DNA from: Mobula hypostoma
Taxonomy: Eukaryota
Direction: 5' to 3'
Assembly (NCBI RefSeq): GCF_963921235.1
Contig: NC_086097.1
Location: 127,784,001 to 127,848,000, forward strand
Length of the DNA: 64,000 nt
Positions 1 to 14,310 of the stretch are shown in pieces. Position numbers and translations under genes: made by a program. The notes under the pieces are model-generated. The model did no database searches. It saw only the letters and a program-made list of their open reading frames with translations, and was not told the origin of the DNA. How positions within the stretch are numbered: the stretch's first letter is position 1; the number at the start of each line of letters is the position of its first letter.

Positions 1-99
1 ATACCAATTTCATAACATTTTAAAAGAAATTAAGTTCATGCCTAATGCTAAATTTAGAAGATTAATCATAAATATTCAGATTAAGTTTAAACTAAAATA

Positions 100-882
100 C
101 AGTGGATTCCGGTTAATTGCGCCAGCAGCTTATGTGGTACATCTCTTAAAGAACAAAAACTATTCGAGAAAATAGCTAGGATTCCCTTTGTTTATTTAGG
201 ATACTATGCTGTTTAATTGGTATAGGAGACTGTTACCAAACAGTTTCTAACTAGTCATGTGCACTTGTGTGGCTGTTAAGATACTATACCATACTCAATG
301 CAAACAATTTCAAAATAGCATGAGTTGTGAGTACTTATGTTTAAAAAGCAGTGATTGTTTGTCACTGACAGTTGGCATGAAATAAGCAGGAAGATAATTC
401 ATAACTGTTTTGCTCACTGCAGTTTCAAGCATCCAGGCTTGGAGATGCCAGAAATGGCTGGGAGTGAAAACAAAACGATTTCACTACTTCAACAAGTTAG
501 GACCTACAAAGGCTTTGAAAGTATTGATGATCATCTTGAATGTTAAGATGAAAATGAAGATTTGGAGGATGCATTGTATGAAGGCAGTCCATTATCTACA
601 ATGGGTGTCTGCTTGGATTTTGTTCATTTACAGTCAAAAGTACACACAGCATGCCGCCAATAGCTATTAGGAACTAATATAGTTTTATAGTGCTGTAGCA
701 GTATTTCTAGTGTCCTAATTTATTCTGTATTTCACTTATCTATATAATTTGTTACTCAGTTTGTGATCTTTAAAAAAATACCTTTTTAACTATTTCCATG
801 AAACTTTGGCTAATTGGGGCAGCTGCTTAATTGGGCCAAGATGTATTGGTCCCGATCTATCCCAATTAACCGGAATCCACTG
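100..882 (+). mobile_element. Tigger/pogo-like non-autonomous DNA transposon
   Basis: TIRs CAGTGGATTCCGGTTAATTG (100-) and CAATTAACCGGAATCCACTG (-882), with TA on the left. Internal remnant WHEISRKIIHNCFAHCSF resembles the pogo/Tigger transposase C-terminus. A second copy lies at 49366-50382. Confidence 0.85.
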
Positions 883-1048
883 TGCGACCAATTTTCCCTG
901 GCTTTTCCAACCTCTCCCATAACCAAGATCCTTTAACCAAAGCAACATCCTGCTGAACCACTTCTGCATTCTCTCCAGTGCAACCTTTCATGTCATATGC
1001 AAACTTATGAAACATGCCTCTTGCATACACACCCAAGCCTTTGATATG

Positions 1049-1554
1049 TACTCAGTGACACTTTATTGTACACATGTTCATCAATATAATTATCTAATTA
1101 ACCGATCATGTGGGAGCAACTCAGTGCGTAAAAGCATGTTCAGACCAAACATCCAAACTGGGAAAGAATATGATCTGACTTTGACCATGGAATGATTGTT
1201 AGTTGCAGACAGGGTGGTGTGAGTATCTCAGAAACTGCTGATCTCCTGGGATTTTTAGAGAAAGCAGTCTCTATATTTTACAGAGAACGGTGTGAAAAAC
1301 GGAACATCCAGTAAGCAGCGGATCTGTCGGTGAAAACAACCTGTTAATGGCAGAAGTCAGAGCAGCAAGTCACACTGGTTCTAACTGACAGGAAGGCGAC
1401 AGTAACTCAAGTAACCACATATTACAATAGTTGTATGCAGAGAGCATCTCTGAATGCACAACACATCAAATCTACAGCAGCAGAAGACCACAAACATGCA
1501 CTCATAACGACTTTATCAGGTTTAGGAGGAAACAAATCGAGTGGCCACTGAGTG
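1049..1554 (+). mobile_element. Tc1-like deletion derivative
   Basis: Imperfect TIRs TACTCAGTGACACTTTATT ... GTGGCCACTGAGTG followed by TA. The interior resembles a decayed Tc1 transposase N-terminal region. Confidence 0.65.
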
Positions 1555-2144
1555 TACATCACAAACAACAATGATCACAGCATCAACCCCTATGGTACAT
1601 CATTGGTACCAAATTTCAAATCAGAAAAGCATTGTTTCATCACTGTCTTCTGTGGCCTATCACCAGGACATTTTAAAATCCAATTAGCCATATTGCCTTG
1701 ATCATGGTCTGGAGCTTCCACTAGTCACACCAGTGTCTAAATTACAAATCCCTCAATGTTGACCAGTGTAAAAGCTTAAATCAATGTCTAGTCCACATCA
1801 GGTTTCTGCAGTCTATTGCGTCGCATCACAAGTCTGCTTCTCCTTGCTCTAATAGGGAGGGTGTCAAAAGTGCATTCACAAGGATAGGCTTTCCTGCTTT
1901 ACCTTTCATCCCATTTTAGTCAGTCAAGTGGGTATTGTCCATACTGTAGGCTTCCCCAAAGTACAGGCATTTAGAGAATGCACATTTTATCGAGACCTCT
2001 CAGCAAGCTCCTACAATTATCCTTGGTTGCAGATCTAAAATGCCTCTGTGGTTCTTCTGCACTAAGAATATGCCTCTTAAAAAAACTTAAGACTGATGTC
2101 ACAAGCAACATGTTTGTTTGACTACAAATGCAACCACAGGAAAC

Positions 2145-2290
2145 TGGAGACACAAAAAACTGCAGATGCTGGAATCTGGAGCAACAAACAAACTTCTGGA
2201 GGAACTCGGCATCATTTGGGTGTTGGGTTGGGCTGGGGTGGGAATGGGGAAGGAACTGCAAACGTTTTGAGTTGAAACCCTGCATCAGAA
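2145..2290 (-). mobile_element. Penelope-like element 3'/pseudo-LTR fragment
   Basis: CTGCAGATGCTGGAA motif shared with 25775-25795. A degenerate hammerhead core (minus: CTGATGC..AAAACGTT) lies at ~2260-2290. Confidence 0.55.
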
Positions 2291-2879
2291 AATTGTCAAT
2301 TCAAATCTTAATGAACAGTGCTGGTTTTGGTTAAAACTTTGGCAATTTTAAGAGTACCAAGGCCATAAACCCTATCTGAAACAGATTCAGACAAAAATTT
2401 GACCTTAGCAATGAGTAAATATCTTGTATGGTAAGTAATATGCCAGCTACTTCTAAATTTTTTGATATGCCATTTTTCAGGAAAGCTACAAAGATAAAAA
2501 AAAATTAACCTTTATTCCATTATTATAACTGGTTGGCAGAGTGACAATAGTTTTTGCATCTACCTGTAAATGTTTCTACAGTAGAGAGGAGCCATTTTGT
2601 TCAAAAACAAAATAAAACCCCCGCCAAAAAAAGACATTTCTTGTCCTATGGAAAATCTAGAATTAATTATGCTAAGATCTGATGAGAGGAGAAATTCTTC
2701 CTCATCTCAGTCTTACCTAGTCATGTCCCCAAGAATCTTACATGTTTCAGTAATCCTAATGCTCTTATTCTTCTAAAGCTCAACTTGTTCAACCTTTCAA
2801 TCCCAAAACAATCACTCCAGACCCAGGATCATTTCAGTGAAAGCTCTCTGAACTACCTCTGCAGCCAGTACATTATACA

Positions 2880-5800
2880 GTACTTCACAACTTCTGCCAT
2901 CTTCAATGGAATCCTACAACCAAACACCTTCACCTCCCCTGACTCCACTTTCCATAGGGATCATTCTCTCCATGATTCCCTTGTCCATTCATCCCTTCCC
3001 ACTAATCTCCCTCCTGGCACTTATCCCTGCAAGTGGAAAAAGTGCTACAACTGCTCACTCATCTCCTTCTTGACCTCCATTCGGGGCCCCAGTTCTTCCA
3101 GGTGAGGCAACAGTTCATCTACGATCCCTCTACTGTATCCGGTGCTCCCAATGTGGCCTCCTCTACACCGGTGAGACATAGAAATAGAAACAAAGAAAAA
3201 CTACAGCACAATACAGGCCATTCAGCCCACAATGCTGTGCTGAAGATGTACTTACTTTAAAAATTGCCTAGGGTTACTCGTAGCACTATTTTTCTAAGCT
3301 CCATGCACCTATCCAAGAGTCTCTTAAAAGACCCTATTGTATCTGCCTCCACCACCATCGCTGGCAGCCCATTCCACACACTCACCCAGTCTCTGCGTAA
3401 AAAAAAAACTTACCCCTGACATCTCCTCTGTACCCACCTCCAAGCACCTTAAAACTGTGCCCTCTTGTGTCAGCCATTTCAGCCCTGAGAAAAAGCCTCT
3501 GACTATGCACACAATCAATGTCTCTCATTATCTTATACACCTCTGTCCGGTCACCTCTCATCCTCCGTCGCTCCAAGGAGAAAAGAGCAACTTCACTCAG
3601 TCCATTCTCATAAGGCATACTCCCCAATCCAGGCAACATCCTTGTAAATCTACTCTGCACCCTTTCTATAGTTTCCACATCCTTCCTGTAGTGAGGTAAC
3701 CAGAACTGAGCACAGTACTCCAAGTGGGGTCTGACCAGGGTTCTATGCAGCTGTAGCATGAAGGCCAATGCACCATATGCCTTCTTAACCACAGAGTCAA
3801 CCTGCGCTGCAGCTTTGAGTGTCCTAGATCCCTCTGATCCTCCACACTGCCAAGTGCCTTACCATTAATACTATATTCTGCCATCATATTTGACCTACCA
3901 AAATGAACCACCTCACACTTACCTCGGTTGAACTTCGTCTGCCACTTCGCAGCCCAGTTTTGCATCCTATTGATGTCCTGCTGTAACCTCTGACAGCCCT
4001 CCACACTATCCACAACACCTCCAACTTTTGTGTCATCAGCAAATTTACTAATCCATCCCTCCACTTCCTCATCCAGGTCATTTATAAAAATCACAAAAAG
4101 AGGTCCCAGAACAGATCCCTGAGGCACACCACTGGTCACCAGCCTCCATACAGAATATGACCTGTCTACAACCACTCTTTGCCTTCTGTGGGCAAGCCAG
4201 TTCTGGATCCACAAAGCAAGGTCCCCTTGGATCCCATGCCTCCTTACTTTTTCAATAAGCCTTGCATAGGGTACCTTGCCAAATGCCTTGCTGAAATCCA
4301 TATACACTACATCTACTGCTCTTCCTTCATCAATGTGTTTGGTCACATCCTCAAAAAAATCAATCAGGCTCTTAAGGCACGACCTGCCTTTGACAAAGCC
4401 ATGCTAACTATTCCTAATTATATTATGCTTCTCCAAATGTTTATAAATCCTGCCTCTCAGGATCCCCTCCATCAACTTACCAACCACTGAAGTAAGATTC
4501 ACTGGCGTACAATTTCCTGGGCTATTTCTACTCCCTTTCTTGAATATGGGAACAACATCTGCAACCCTTCAATCCTCCAGAACCTCCCCCGCTCCCTATT
4601 GATGATGCAAAGATCATTGCCAGAGGCTCAGTAATCTCTTCCCTAGCCTCCCATGGTAGCCTGGGGTACATCTCGTCTGGTCCTGGAGACTTATCCAACT
4701 TGATGCTTTCCAAAAGCTCCAACACACCCTCTTTCTTAATGTCTACATGCTCAAGCTTTTCAATCCACTGTAAGTCATCGCTACAATCCCCAAGATCCTT
4801 TTCTGTAGTGAATACTGAAGCTAAGTATTCATTAAGTACCTCAGCTATCTCCTCCGGTTCCATACACACTGTTCCACTGTCACACTTGATCGGTCCTATT
4901 CTCTACATTTTATCCTCTTGCTCTTCACATACTTGTAGAATGCCTTGGGGTTTTCTTTAATCCTGCTTGCTAAGGCCTTCTCATGGCCTCTTCTGGCTCT
5001 CCTAATTTCATTCTTAAGCTCCTTCCTGCTATCCTTATAATCTTCTAGATCTCTATCATTACCTAGCTTTTTGAACCTTTTGTAAGCTTTTCTTTTCTTC
5101 TTGACTAGATTTACAACAGCCTTTGTACACCACGGTTCCTGTACCCTACCATCCTTTCCTGATCTCATTGGAATGTACCTATGCAGAACACCACGCAAAT
5201 ATCCCCTGAACATTTGCTGTACCTTTCTACCATACCTTTCACTGGGAACATTTGTTCCCAATTTATGCTTCCAAGTTCCTGCCTGATAGTTTCATATTTC
5301 CCCTTACTCCAATTAAACAATTTCTTATCTTGTCTGTTCCTATCCCTCTCCAATGCTATGGTAAATGAGATAGAATTGTGATCACTATCTCCAAGATGCT
5401 CTCCCACTGAGAGACCTGTCACCTGATCAGGTTCATTTCCCAATACCAGATAAGTACAGCCTCTCCTCTTGTAGACTTACATGCATATCGTGTCAGGAAA
5501 CCTTCCTGAACACACCTAATAAACTCCACCCAATCTAAACCCCTTGCTCTAGGGAGACATGATGCAGACTGGGAAACTGCTTTGTTATGCGCATTCACTT
5601 CATCTGCGGGGAAAAAAAAAGCAGGATTTCCTGGTGACCAACAATTTTAATTCCAGTCCCCATTCCCATTCCAACATGTCAATCCACGGCTTCTTCTACT
5701 GCCACATTGAGGCCACTCTCAGATTGGAGGAACAGAACTGCATATTCCATCCGGGTAGCTGCCAACCTGATGGCGTAACACCAATTTCTCCAACTTCCAG

Positions 5801-6160
5801 TAATTTTTTTCCCCTCCCCATTCCCTCTTCTTTAACCCCACTCTGACTCACCTCTTTCCTCTTCTCCTCACCTGCCTATCACCTCCACCGGTGTCCTTCC
5901 TCCTTCGCTTTCTCTCATGGTCCACTCTCCTCTAGACCTTTACCATTTCCACCATTCACCTCCCAACTTACTTCATGCTCCTCCTCCTACCCACCTGGCT
6001 TCACCCATCACCTTTCAGCTTCCGTTCCTTCTGCTCCCTCACAGCTTCTTCTTCCCGTCCTTTCCAGTCCTGAAGAAGGGTTGCGGCTTGAAATGTTGTC
6101 TGTTTACTCACTTCCGTAGATGCTGATCTGTCCCTCCAGCATTATGTGGGTATTGCCCCC
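2880..6160 (+). mobile_element. Penelope-like element (GIY-YIG end plus pseudo-LTR), split by a CR1 insertion
   Basis: 2880-3172 and 5561-6160 match the Penelope sequence at 32520-33254 (EATLRLEEQ...QPDG). A degenerate hammerhead lies at 6065-6102. Duplicated GAGACAT at 3173-3179 and 5554-5560 flanks the insert. Confidence 0.8.
3180..5553 (-). mobile_element. CR1 LINE, 5'-truncated, decayed ORF2 (endonuclease tail plus RT)
   Basis: ORF fragments with DVVYMDFSKAF, SGVPQGSVLGP, KFADDTK, RPHLEYCAQFW and HLGDSDHN. A short-repeat tail is at 3180, with a 7-bp flanking duplication. Confidence 0.93.
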
Positions 6161-6559
6161 ACTGACCATATGTTTCCTTAAAGAAGGGGACCAAAGCTAT
6201 TTACAGTGCTTAAGATATGGTCTCACTAATGCCTTGAACAGCTGTAGTAAGACTTCTCTGCTTTTACACCCCAAACCCTTTTAAATAAAATCCTATTAGC
6301 CCTCCCAATTAACTGCTGATTCTGTATTCCGGCTTTTAGGCAATTCTGATGGAGGGTCTTGCCCAAAACATTGGCTGTTTATTCCCCTTCATAGAGGCTG
6401 CCCGACCTGCTGTTCCTCCAGCATTTAATATGTTGCACTAGTTTTCTAACACTTGCAGAATCTCATGTGTATGCTAGCTTTCTGCATTTCATGTACAAAG
6501 ATCCCCAAACCTCTGTGCTGTAGCTTTTTGCAATCTTTACCAGACAATCTATTGAACGT

Positions 6560-8438
6560 ACCCAAACCACAAGCGGAGGATGAACCAAAAGATTCATAGT
6601 CTGTTGAGGGTTTTCTGATTTGTAGATCTGTGACATTAAAGACCTGTGATCCAGAATTATACAAGATGCCCAGGTATGACCTACAGGAGGCTATTTTAAG
6701 AGTGAAGAAACAATTCTGGTTGAAGTTAGGGATAGAATCGGATGCACATCAGCTCTGGAAGAGTAAGCAGGCCATTACTTCCTACAAGGCGAAACCTGAC
6801 GTCATGATTAGATGTGATGCTTCACTCCCAAATGAGCTCAATGTCTTCTATGCACACCTTGAAAGGGAGAATAAAACTACATCTGTGTGAATCCCTGCAG
6901 CATCCGGTGACCCTGTGATCACTGTCTCAGAAGCTGGCATCAAAACATCTTTCAAGAGGGTGAACCCTTGCAAACCATCAAGCTCGATGCTGTACCTGAT
7001 AGGGCACTGAAAACCTGTGCCAACCAACTGATGGGAGTGTTCAAGCACATCCACAATCTCTCACTGTTGCTGTTGGCAGTTCCCACCTGCTTCAAGAGGG
7101 TGACAATCACACCACCAAGAAGAGTAGGATGAGCTGCCTTAATGACCATCTCCTAGTGGCACTCATATCTACTGTGATGAAGTGCTTTGAGAGGTTGGTC
7201 ACGGCCAGAATCTACACCTGCCTAAGACCGATCTGGACTTGCTCCAATTTGCCTATCGCCACAACAGGTGTACAGCAGATGCAATCTCACTGGCTCTCCA
7301 TACAGCCTTGGATTAACAGGACAATAGCAATACCCATGTTAGGCTGCAGTTTATTGAACACTGAGCTACAATCAACACTAACATACCATCAGTTCTAAAT
7401 TAACAAGCTCCAAAACCTGGGCCTCTGTACCTCACTCTGCAACTGGATCGTTGACTTCCTCACCGGGAGACCATAGTCAGTGTGGATTGGAAATAATATC
7501 TCCTCCTCACTGACAATGAACACTGGTGCACCTCAAGGATACGTGCTTAGTCCACTGCTCTACACCCACAAATGTGTGGCAAGGCATGGCTCAAACATCA
7601 TCCACAAATTTGCCTATGACACAACTATTGTTGGCAGAATTTCAGATGGTGATGAGGATGCTTACAGGAGTGAGGTAGATCAGCTGGTTCAGTGGTGTTG
7701 CAATAATAACCTTGCACTTAACATCAGTAAGACCATGGAATTGACTGTGGACTTCAGGAAGGGGAAGTCGAGGGAACACATCGAGGGATCAGCAGTGGAA
7801 AGGGTGATAGTTTGAAGTTCCCGGGAGGCAACATCTCTGAAGATCTACCCAGGGCCGAACATACTGATGCAATTACAGACAAGACAGTGACTATGTTTCA
7901 TCAGGAGTTTGAGGAGACTTAGTATATCACTGAAGACTCCCACGAGTTTCTACCGAAGTAGCTTGAAGAGCATTCTAATCGGTTGCAACACCACCTGGTA
8001 TGGAGTGGCCACCGTGCAGGATCGGAAAAAGCTGCAGAAATTTGTACACTCAGCCAGCTCCGTCATGGGCACTAGCCTCCCCAGCATTGAGGGCACCTGC
8101 ACAGGTAATGCCTCAAAAAGGTGTCATCCATTATTAAGTACCCCCATCGGTCTGGACATGCCATCTTCTCATTGCTACCATTAGGTAAGGGGCACAGGAG
8201 TCTAAAGACCCCTGTACCTACAGGAGCTGTTTCAGGAACAGCTTCTTCCCGTCCGCCATCAGATTTCTGAATGGATAATGAACTCATGAACACTACCTCA
8301 CATAATTTTTGATTCCTTTGCACTACTCATTTAATTTTAATATACATTTCTTATTGTAATTTAGTTTATTATGTATTACAGTGTACTGCTGCCACAACAA
8401 ATTTCCTGACTTAAGCCAGTGACACTAAACCTGATTCT
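6560..8438 (+). mobile_element. Rex-Babar LINE, truncated and decayed
   Basis: VMKCFERLV, NTGAPQGYVLSPLLY, KFAYDTTIVGRI, LNISKTMELTVDFRK. The 3' end is AAACCTGATTCT. Confidence 0.88.
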
Positions 8439-8842
8439 CTACTTCTGAATTTTATCATTCTTCCTTCCAAAGTGAACAACACATTTTTGCTACGTACTTA
8501 TGTTACTTGCTAACTTTTTGTCCATGCCCTGTAACCTACCAATCTCTCTCTGTAAACTGGTTGTATCCTCTTGACAGACTGCCTTGCTACCTTTTTATTA
8601 TTCATAAATTTGGGTACAGTACTTTCATTTCTTTCCAATAAATTAAACATATTGCAAACAGCCATAATGCCAGCAGTAACCCGTGCCCTGCTAGTTACAG
8701 TTTGACAACTTGAAAAGGACTTAATTATTTCTTCTTGCGGCTTTCAACTGGTTAGCCAATCCCATTCCATTTTTTAACTCACATTAAGTCACCTTAAAAA
8801 GTAAATCACATTTACATCTCTGCATTTAAGAATAAAGCACAT

Positions 8843-9733
8843 CATAAGACATAGGAGCAGAATTAGGCTACTTGGCCGATTGAATCTCCTTTGCCATTTC
8901 ATCATGGCTGGTCTATTTCCCTCTCAGTCCCAGTCTCCTGCCTTCTCCCCATAACCCTTCCTGTCCTGATTGAGCAAGAATCTATTGAACTCTGCCTTAA
9001 ATATACCAAATGACTTGGCTGCTAAATTCCAGAGACCATCCACCCTCTGGCTAAAGAAATTCCTCCTCAGCTCCATTCTAAATGGACTTCCCTCTATCTG
9101 AGGCGGCGTCCTCTGGTGTTAGACTCCAACAGCTTAAGAAATACCCTCTCCACATCTACTGTACTGAGGCCTTTCAACATTTGATTGGTTTCAATGAGAT
9201 CCCTCCCTCATTCTTTTGAATTTCAGTGAGTACAGGCCCAGGGACACCAAATGCTCATGTGATAAGCCTTTCAAACCTGGAATCATTTTCGCAAACCTCC
9301 TTTGAACCCTCTCCAATATCAGCATATCTTTTCTTAGGGGCCCAAAACTACCCACAATGCTCCAAGTGAGGCCTCACCAGTCTCAACGTTACATCCTTGT
9401 TTTTATATTCGAGTCCTCTCGAAATGAATGTGAAAACCACATTTGCCTTCCTCACCACCAACTCCAACCTGCAAATTAACCTTTAGGGAATCCTGCATGA
9501 GGACACCCAAGTCCCTTTGTACATCAGATTTTTGATTTTCTCTCTATTTGGAGAATAGTCTACACTTTTATTTCTTCCACCAAAGTGCATGACGATACAC
9601 TTCCCAACTCTGTATTCTATCTGCTACTTCTTTGCCCATTCTCCTAATCGGTTTAAGTCCTTCTGTAGCTTCTCTACTTCTGCAAAACCACCTGTCCCTC
9701 CAACTATCTTCACATTGTCTGCAAATTTATCAT
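8843..9733 (-). mobile_element. CR1 LINE 3' fragment
   Basis: KFADNVKIVG...LQKDLNRLGEWAKK on the minus strand. Tail CATAAGACATAGGAGCAGAATTAGG. Confidence 0.85.
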
Positions 9734-9744
9734 ATTTACAAAGG

Positions 9745-10040
9745 AAGCACAGTAGAGCAGCTGCCTCACAACACCAGAGACCCAGGTTTAATCCTTTCTT
9801 CAGGTGAAGTTTCTGAAGTTTGCATGCTCTCCCGGTGATTGTGTGGGTCTCCCCCATGTACTCCAGTTTCTTCTCATATTCCAAAGACTTGTGGGTTGGT
9901 GGGTTAATTGGCTGCTTTAAACTGTCCCAGGTGTTTTGGAAAAAGGTAGAATCTGGGGAGTTGAAGAAATGTGGAGAGAATTCTAAAGATTGGTCAGTGT
10001 GATCTCAATGGGCCAAGGGTCCATTTCTGCACTGTATCTC
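9745..10040 (+). mobile_element. tRNA-derived SINE with V-domain (HE1/V-SINE-like)
   Basis: Degenerate B box (CCAGGTTTAATCC) followed by a V-domain-like core GTTTGCATGCTCTCCCGGTGATTGTGTGGGT...CTCCAGTTTC. Confidence 0.7.
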
Positions 10041-10689
10041 TCTGCTATTTACTTGTGCTATGCATGGCTCAATGCTGATACATGCAATTACAGCCATCAA
10101 AGGAGATTTACAGAACTATGGGAAAGAGAAGGGAGTGGACATCTTGATTGTACAGGTGTGCTTCGGCCCCTCAGTATGAAGCTTGGAACTCAGGACATTG
10201 GGATCCTCAAATCCTGACTGAACACCAACTGATTCGAAGACAGTAGGCTATTGTAGCCCAGGAATTCTGACATTCACATGGCCACCTCCAGATCTCGATC
10301 AACAAATAAGGTGGTTTTTAGAGGGTGTTCTTCCAGAAAGGGCAACTGAAATGGGTTTTGCTACTAAGAAAGATCAAGTCCAGCATATCAGCTACTCTCC
10401 GTGGAGGATAAGTGAATCTCATATCTTCAGGTTTACTCCAACAACTAAACAAGCACACTACAGGCATGAACTTCTATTATGGAAGCCTTACATCCTAAAG
10501 AGAAAACCATTATCCAAAGAAATTTCAACATCCAGGGTCAGAAAAGATGCACTCCTCTGTAAAAAATATGATCAGAAGGAGGAGGTAGTGAAAGCCAAAT
10601 AGAATAGGATCCTCTTTCTGCTAAAATGAAGGTTGAAGGAAGCATGTTTCATCAGAAAGGTGGGGTATTTAGACAATAGAAAGGAGGAA

Positions 10690-12650
10690 ACATACTAAAG
10701 TATTAGGAAGCAAAGATCAGACAGGGCTCGAGAGTTAAAAGGTAGCCAGGAAGGAGCTTAAGAATGGATAGAGGACATGAGATGGCCTTGATGAATAGGA
10801 TTAGGGTGTTCTACACATACGTGAAGAATAGGAGAATATCCAGAGGGAGGGTAGAACTGATCAGGGATAATAAAGGAAACTTGCTTGGAGTCAGAGGTGG
10901 TAGAAGAACTTTGCTTCAGTATTTACCAGTGAGAAAGATCTTGATGAATTGAGGCCAGTGTAGAACAGGCTGATATATTGGAATATGTCCACACTAAGAA
11001 AGAGGCAGTATTGGAAATTTTGAAAAAAAAGCCATTAAAATGGATAAGCCCCAGGGCTGGACAGGATATTCCCCAGGTTACTATGGGAAGCAAGGCAAGA
11101 GTTTGCTGCGCTGTTGGTGATCAGCTTTACATCCTTGGTGGCCACAGGAGTAGTACCAGAAGACTGGAGGAATGCAAATGTTACTCTTTTGTTCCAGGGA
11201 TAATCCTGCATTATACACCAGTGAGTCTTACATTAGTGGTGGCTAAACTATTGGGAGATGGTTTTTAGAGACGGGATTTATGAACATTTGGAAAAGCATA
11301 GCCTTATTAAGGATAGTCTGCATGACTTTGTAAAAGGCATATTGTGCCTTATGAACCAATTGACTTTTCTGAGGAAGTAACAAAACAAGTTGATTAAAGT
11401 AGAGCGGAGGATGTGGTGTATAAAGACTTTAGTAAGGTGTCCCACAAGATTGCCCATGGTAGGCTCATTCAGTAAGTCAGGAGGCATGGAATCCAGGGAA
11501 ACTTGGCTGCATGGATTTGGAATTGGCTTTGCCACAGAAGGCAGAAGATGGTAGCAGATGGAGCACATTCTGCCTGGAGGTTGGTGCCTAATGGTGTTCC
11601 ATAGGGATCTGTTCTGGACTCCTGTTCTTTGTGACTTTTAAAAATTACTTGGATGAGTAAGTGGAAGGGTGGGTTAGTAAGCTTGCAGATGACATCAGGT
11701 TAGTGGTGTTGTGGACTCTGTAAAAGGTTGTCATAGGTTATTACAAGACATTGACAGTTTGCAAAGGTGGGCTGAGAAGTGGCATTCGGAATTCAATCCA
11801 GAAGTGTGAAATGATTCACTTTGCAAAGTCGAACTTCATGACAAAGTACAAACTTAATAGCAGGATTCTTAGCAGTTTGAAGGAACAAAGGGGATTGTGA
11901 TTTCTGAAAGTTGTCACACAAGTTGATAAGGTGGTTAAGTGTGGTGGTTTTTTTAGTTGAGGAACTTAGTTGAAGAGCTACGAAGTAATGTTGCAGTTCT
12001 CTGAAATTCTGGTTATTCCAGAGTATCCTGTTCAGTTCCAGTTGCCTCATCACAGAAAGGAAGTGGAAACTTTACAGTGTGCAGAGGAGATTTACCAAGA
12101 TGTTGCCTGGACTGGATGACATGTCTTAAGAAGAAAGGTTGAGCAAGTTAGACTTTTTCTCTTTGGAGTGAACGAGGATGAGAGGAGACTTGATAGACGT
12201 GTAAAGATAACAAGAGGCAGAGATCAAGAGGGCAGCTAGTTCTTTTTCCCCAGGGTGGATAATATAAGAGGACAGGTGATTGGAGAAAAGTACAGGGGTG
12301 GATGTCAGAGTCACTATTTTTAAAAACAGAAATAGTGGTAAGTGCATCAAGCACATTGCACGGATAGTGGAAGAGGCTGATACATTCGGGACATTTAAGA
12401 AACTCTTAGATTGGCACAAGAGATTCTGCAAATGCTGGAAATCCAGAGTAACATACACAAAAAGCTGGAGGAACTCAGCAGTTCAGGCAGCATCTAAAAA
12501 GAGGAATAAAGAGTTAGTGTTTTGAGCTGAGACTTTTCATCAGGACTAGGCACATGGATGAAAGAAGAGTAGAGGGCTGATGGTTAGACTAATCTTGGAT
12601 AGGTCACGAGGTCAGCACAACATCGTCTGCTACACTATTCTCTGTTCTCA
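10690..12650 (+). mobile_element. CR1 LINE, decayed ORF2
   Basis: Recognisable but broken CR1 RT motifs (GACTTTAGTAAGG, GGTGTTCCATAGGGATCTGTTCTGG, GCAGATGAC). A Penelope 3' piece at ~12419-12548 is flanked by a GGCACA duplication. Confidence 0.85.
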
Positions 12651-12894
12651 AATGCAGTCTCGTTATATCAAAAACACTGTTTTGCCAGATGGGTAAGCAT
12701 AGAACTTCACAGCAACAACCCAATCTATGCATGTCACCTGTTAGATTCCATCTTCCTCTTAAGTGAGAGACTGCAAGCAGATCTTCAGCTTCCATGCTGA
12801 TAGCTATTGATAATCACTGCCAAAGCCACTGTGATCTCCTTCAGCCTGGTCATTAAACAACAAGGATAACAGAAATGATGCAATAATAAAAAAA

Positions 12895-13400
12895 AATAAA
12901 ATCAGATTCAGATTTATTTATCTCATGTACATCGAAACGTACAGAGAAATGCATTACCAAACGATACATCCAGAGCTGTGCTGGGGTAAGTCCGCACATT
13001 TCGCCACACATTCTGGTGCCGATATAGCATGCCCATGATGTCTGGCAGAACAAAACAGTAACAACAAGCAAAAAAACGACAACAGCAAAACAAGCTCTGT
13101 TCCTCCCGCCCACCCACCCAGATAATCCAACAACTCCAGGACAGGTCCCCTCCAAACTCCAGACTTTGGTAGTTGGGCTTCAACTTCCAATCGACCTTCG
13201 GCCTCCGGTCCTCAGTATGGACCGATGAAGGGACCACGAATTTCAGGGCTGAACTCTGCTCCTGCCGACACACTGGCCCTTGGGCCTCCTACTTGCACAG
13301 CCGTCTGATGCTGGGGACCTGGGACGGCCAGCATCTACGTTTGCCTTTTAACATACATCCATGTCATTGGTCTTTGAGTGCAGAGCGGAGGCCTGGAGAC
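12895..13400 (-). mobile_element. Short retroposon or LINE 3' portion with (ATCTGA)-type tail
   Basis: The minus-strand 3' end AATAAATCTGAATCTGA resembles Rex-Babar tails. No coding motif recognised. Confidence 0.45.
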
Positions 13401-13449
13401 TAAGTCTTCTACGTTCCTGTCCCGAAACCTTCCCCTCTAACTTCCCCGT

Positions 13450-14310
13450 ATCAAGATACAAGATTGTTTAATGCCACTTCCAGTACACCAGTGTAAAGAG
13501 AACAATATAACTGTTACTTCAGAACAGATGCAGCACAAAAAAAATGCACACAGCAAGATAAAAGAACATAAAACAAACCACAGTAAGTACAAATACATAA
13601 GATAGCTACGTACATAGATTGTGTATAAAGTGACTCTAGGTACAGGAGAGTCTGTCCATAAGGAGACTCAGTCAGGAAATGATAAAGTAATGGTAGTGGA
13701 GAGCGGTGTGGTGTGATGAGCCTTACTGCTGGGGAAAAGTAACTGGTTTTGAGTATAATGGTCCCTGGCATGGATGCTATGTAGCCTCTTCCCTGACGGA
13801 AGTGGGACAAACAGTCCAAGAGCAGGATCCTTCATGACATTGCTAGTCCTTTTCCAGCATCTTTCTGCATACAGGTCCTTGATGGTAGGTAGGCTGGTGC
13901 CAGTGAGGCATCGGGCAGCTCTGACTACCCACCGTAGACCCTTCCTGTCCGCTGCAGTGCAGCTTCCGTAGCATGCTCAGAACTGCACATCTGTACAAGG
14001 TTGCGAGCATTGCTGTGCACAGTCCATCTCTCTTCAGCCTGTACAGAAAGTAGAGGTGTCGGTGAGCTTTCTAGATTATGTAGGATGTGTTCTGGAACCA
14101 CAAGAGGTTGTGTGAGATATGCACTCCCAGGAGATTGGAACTGCTTATAGTTTCCACTGCTGTGCTGCCACTGGGAAGAAGAGAATGAGCGGTGCAAGCC
14201 CTCCTGAAGTCAATAACCATCTGCTTTCTCCTGTTGACACTGAAGAGGTTATTTGCCTGGCACCAGGCCAAGCTCTTCTACCTTCTCTCTGTAGGATGTC
14301 TCATCATAGT
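13450..14310 (-). mobile_element. Rex-Babar LINE 3' fragment
   Basis: AWCQANNLFSVNRRKQMVIDFRR and TSYFSPAVRL on the minus strand. Confidence 0.8.

Noticed and set aside
2678..2710. Hammerhead-like CTGATGAG...GAAA
   Set aside because: No stem II or stem I pairing, and the downstream sequence is a common CR1 3' fragment.
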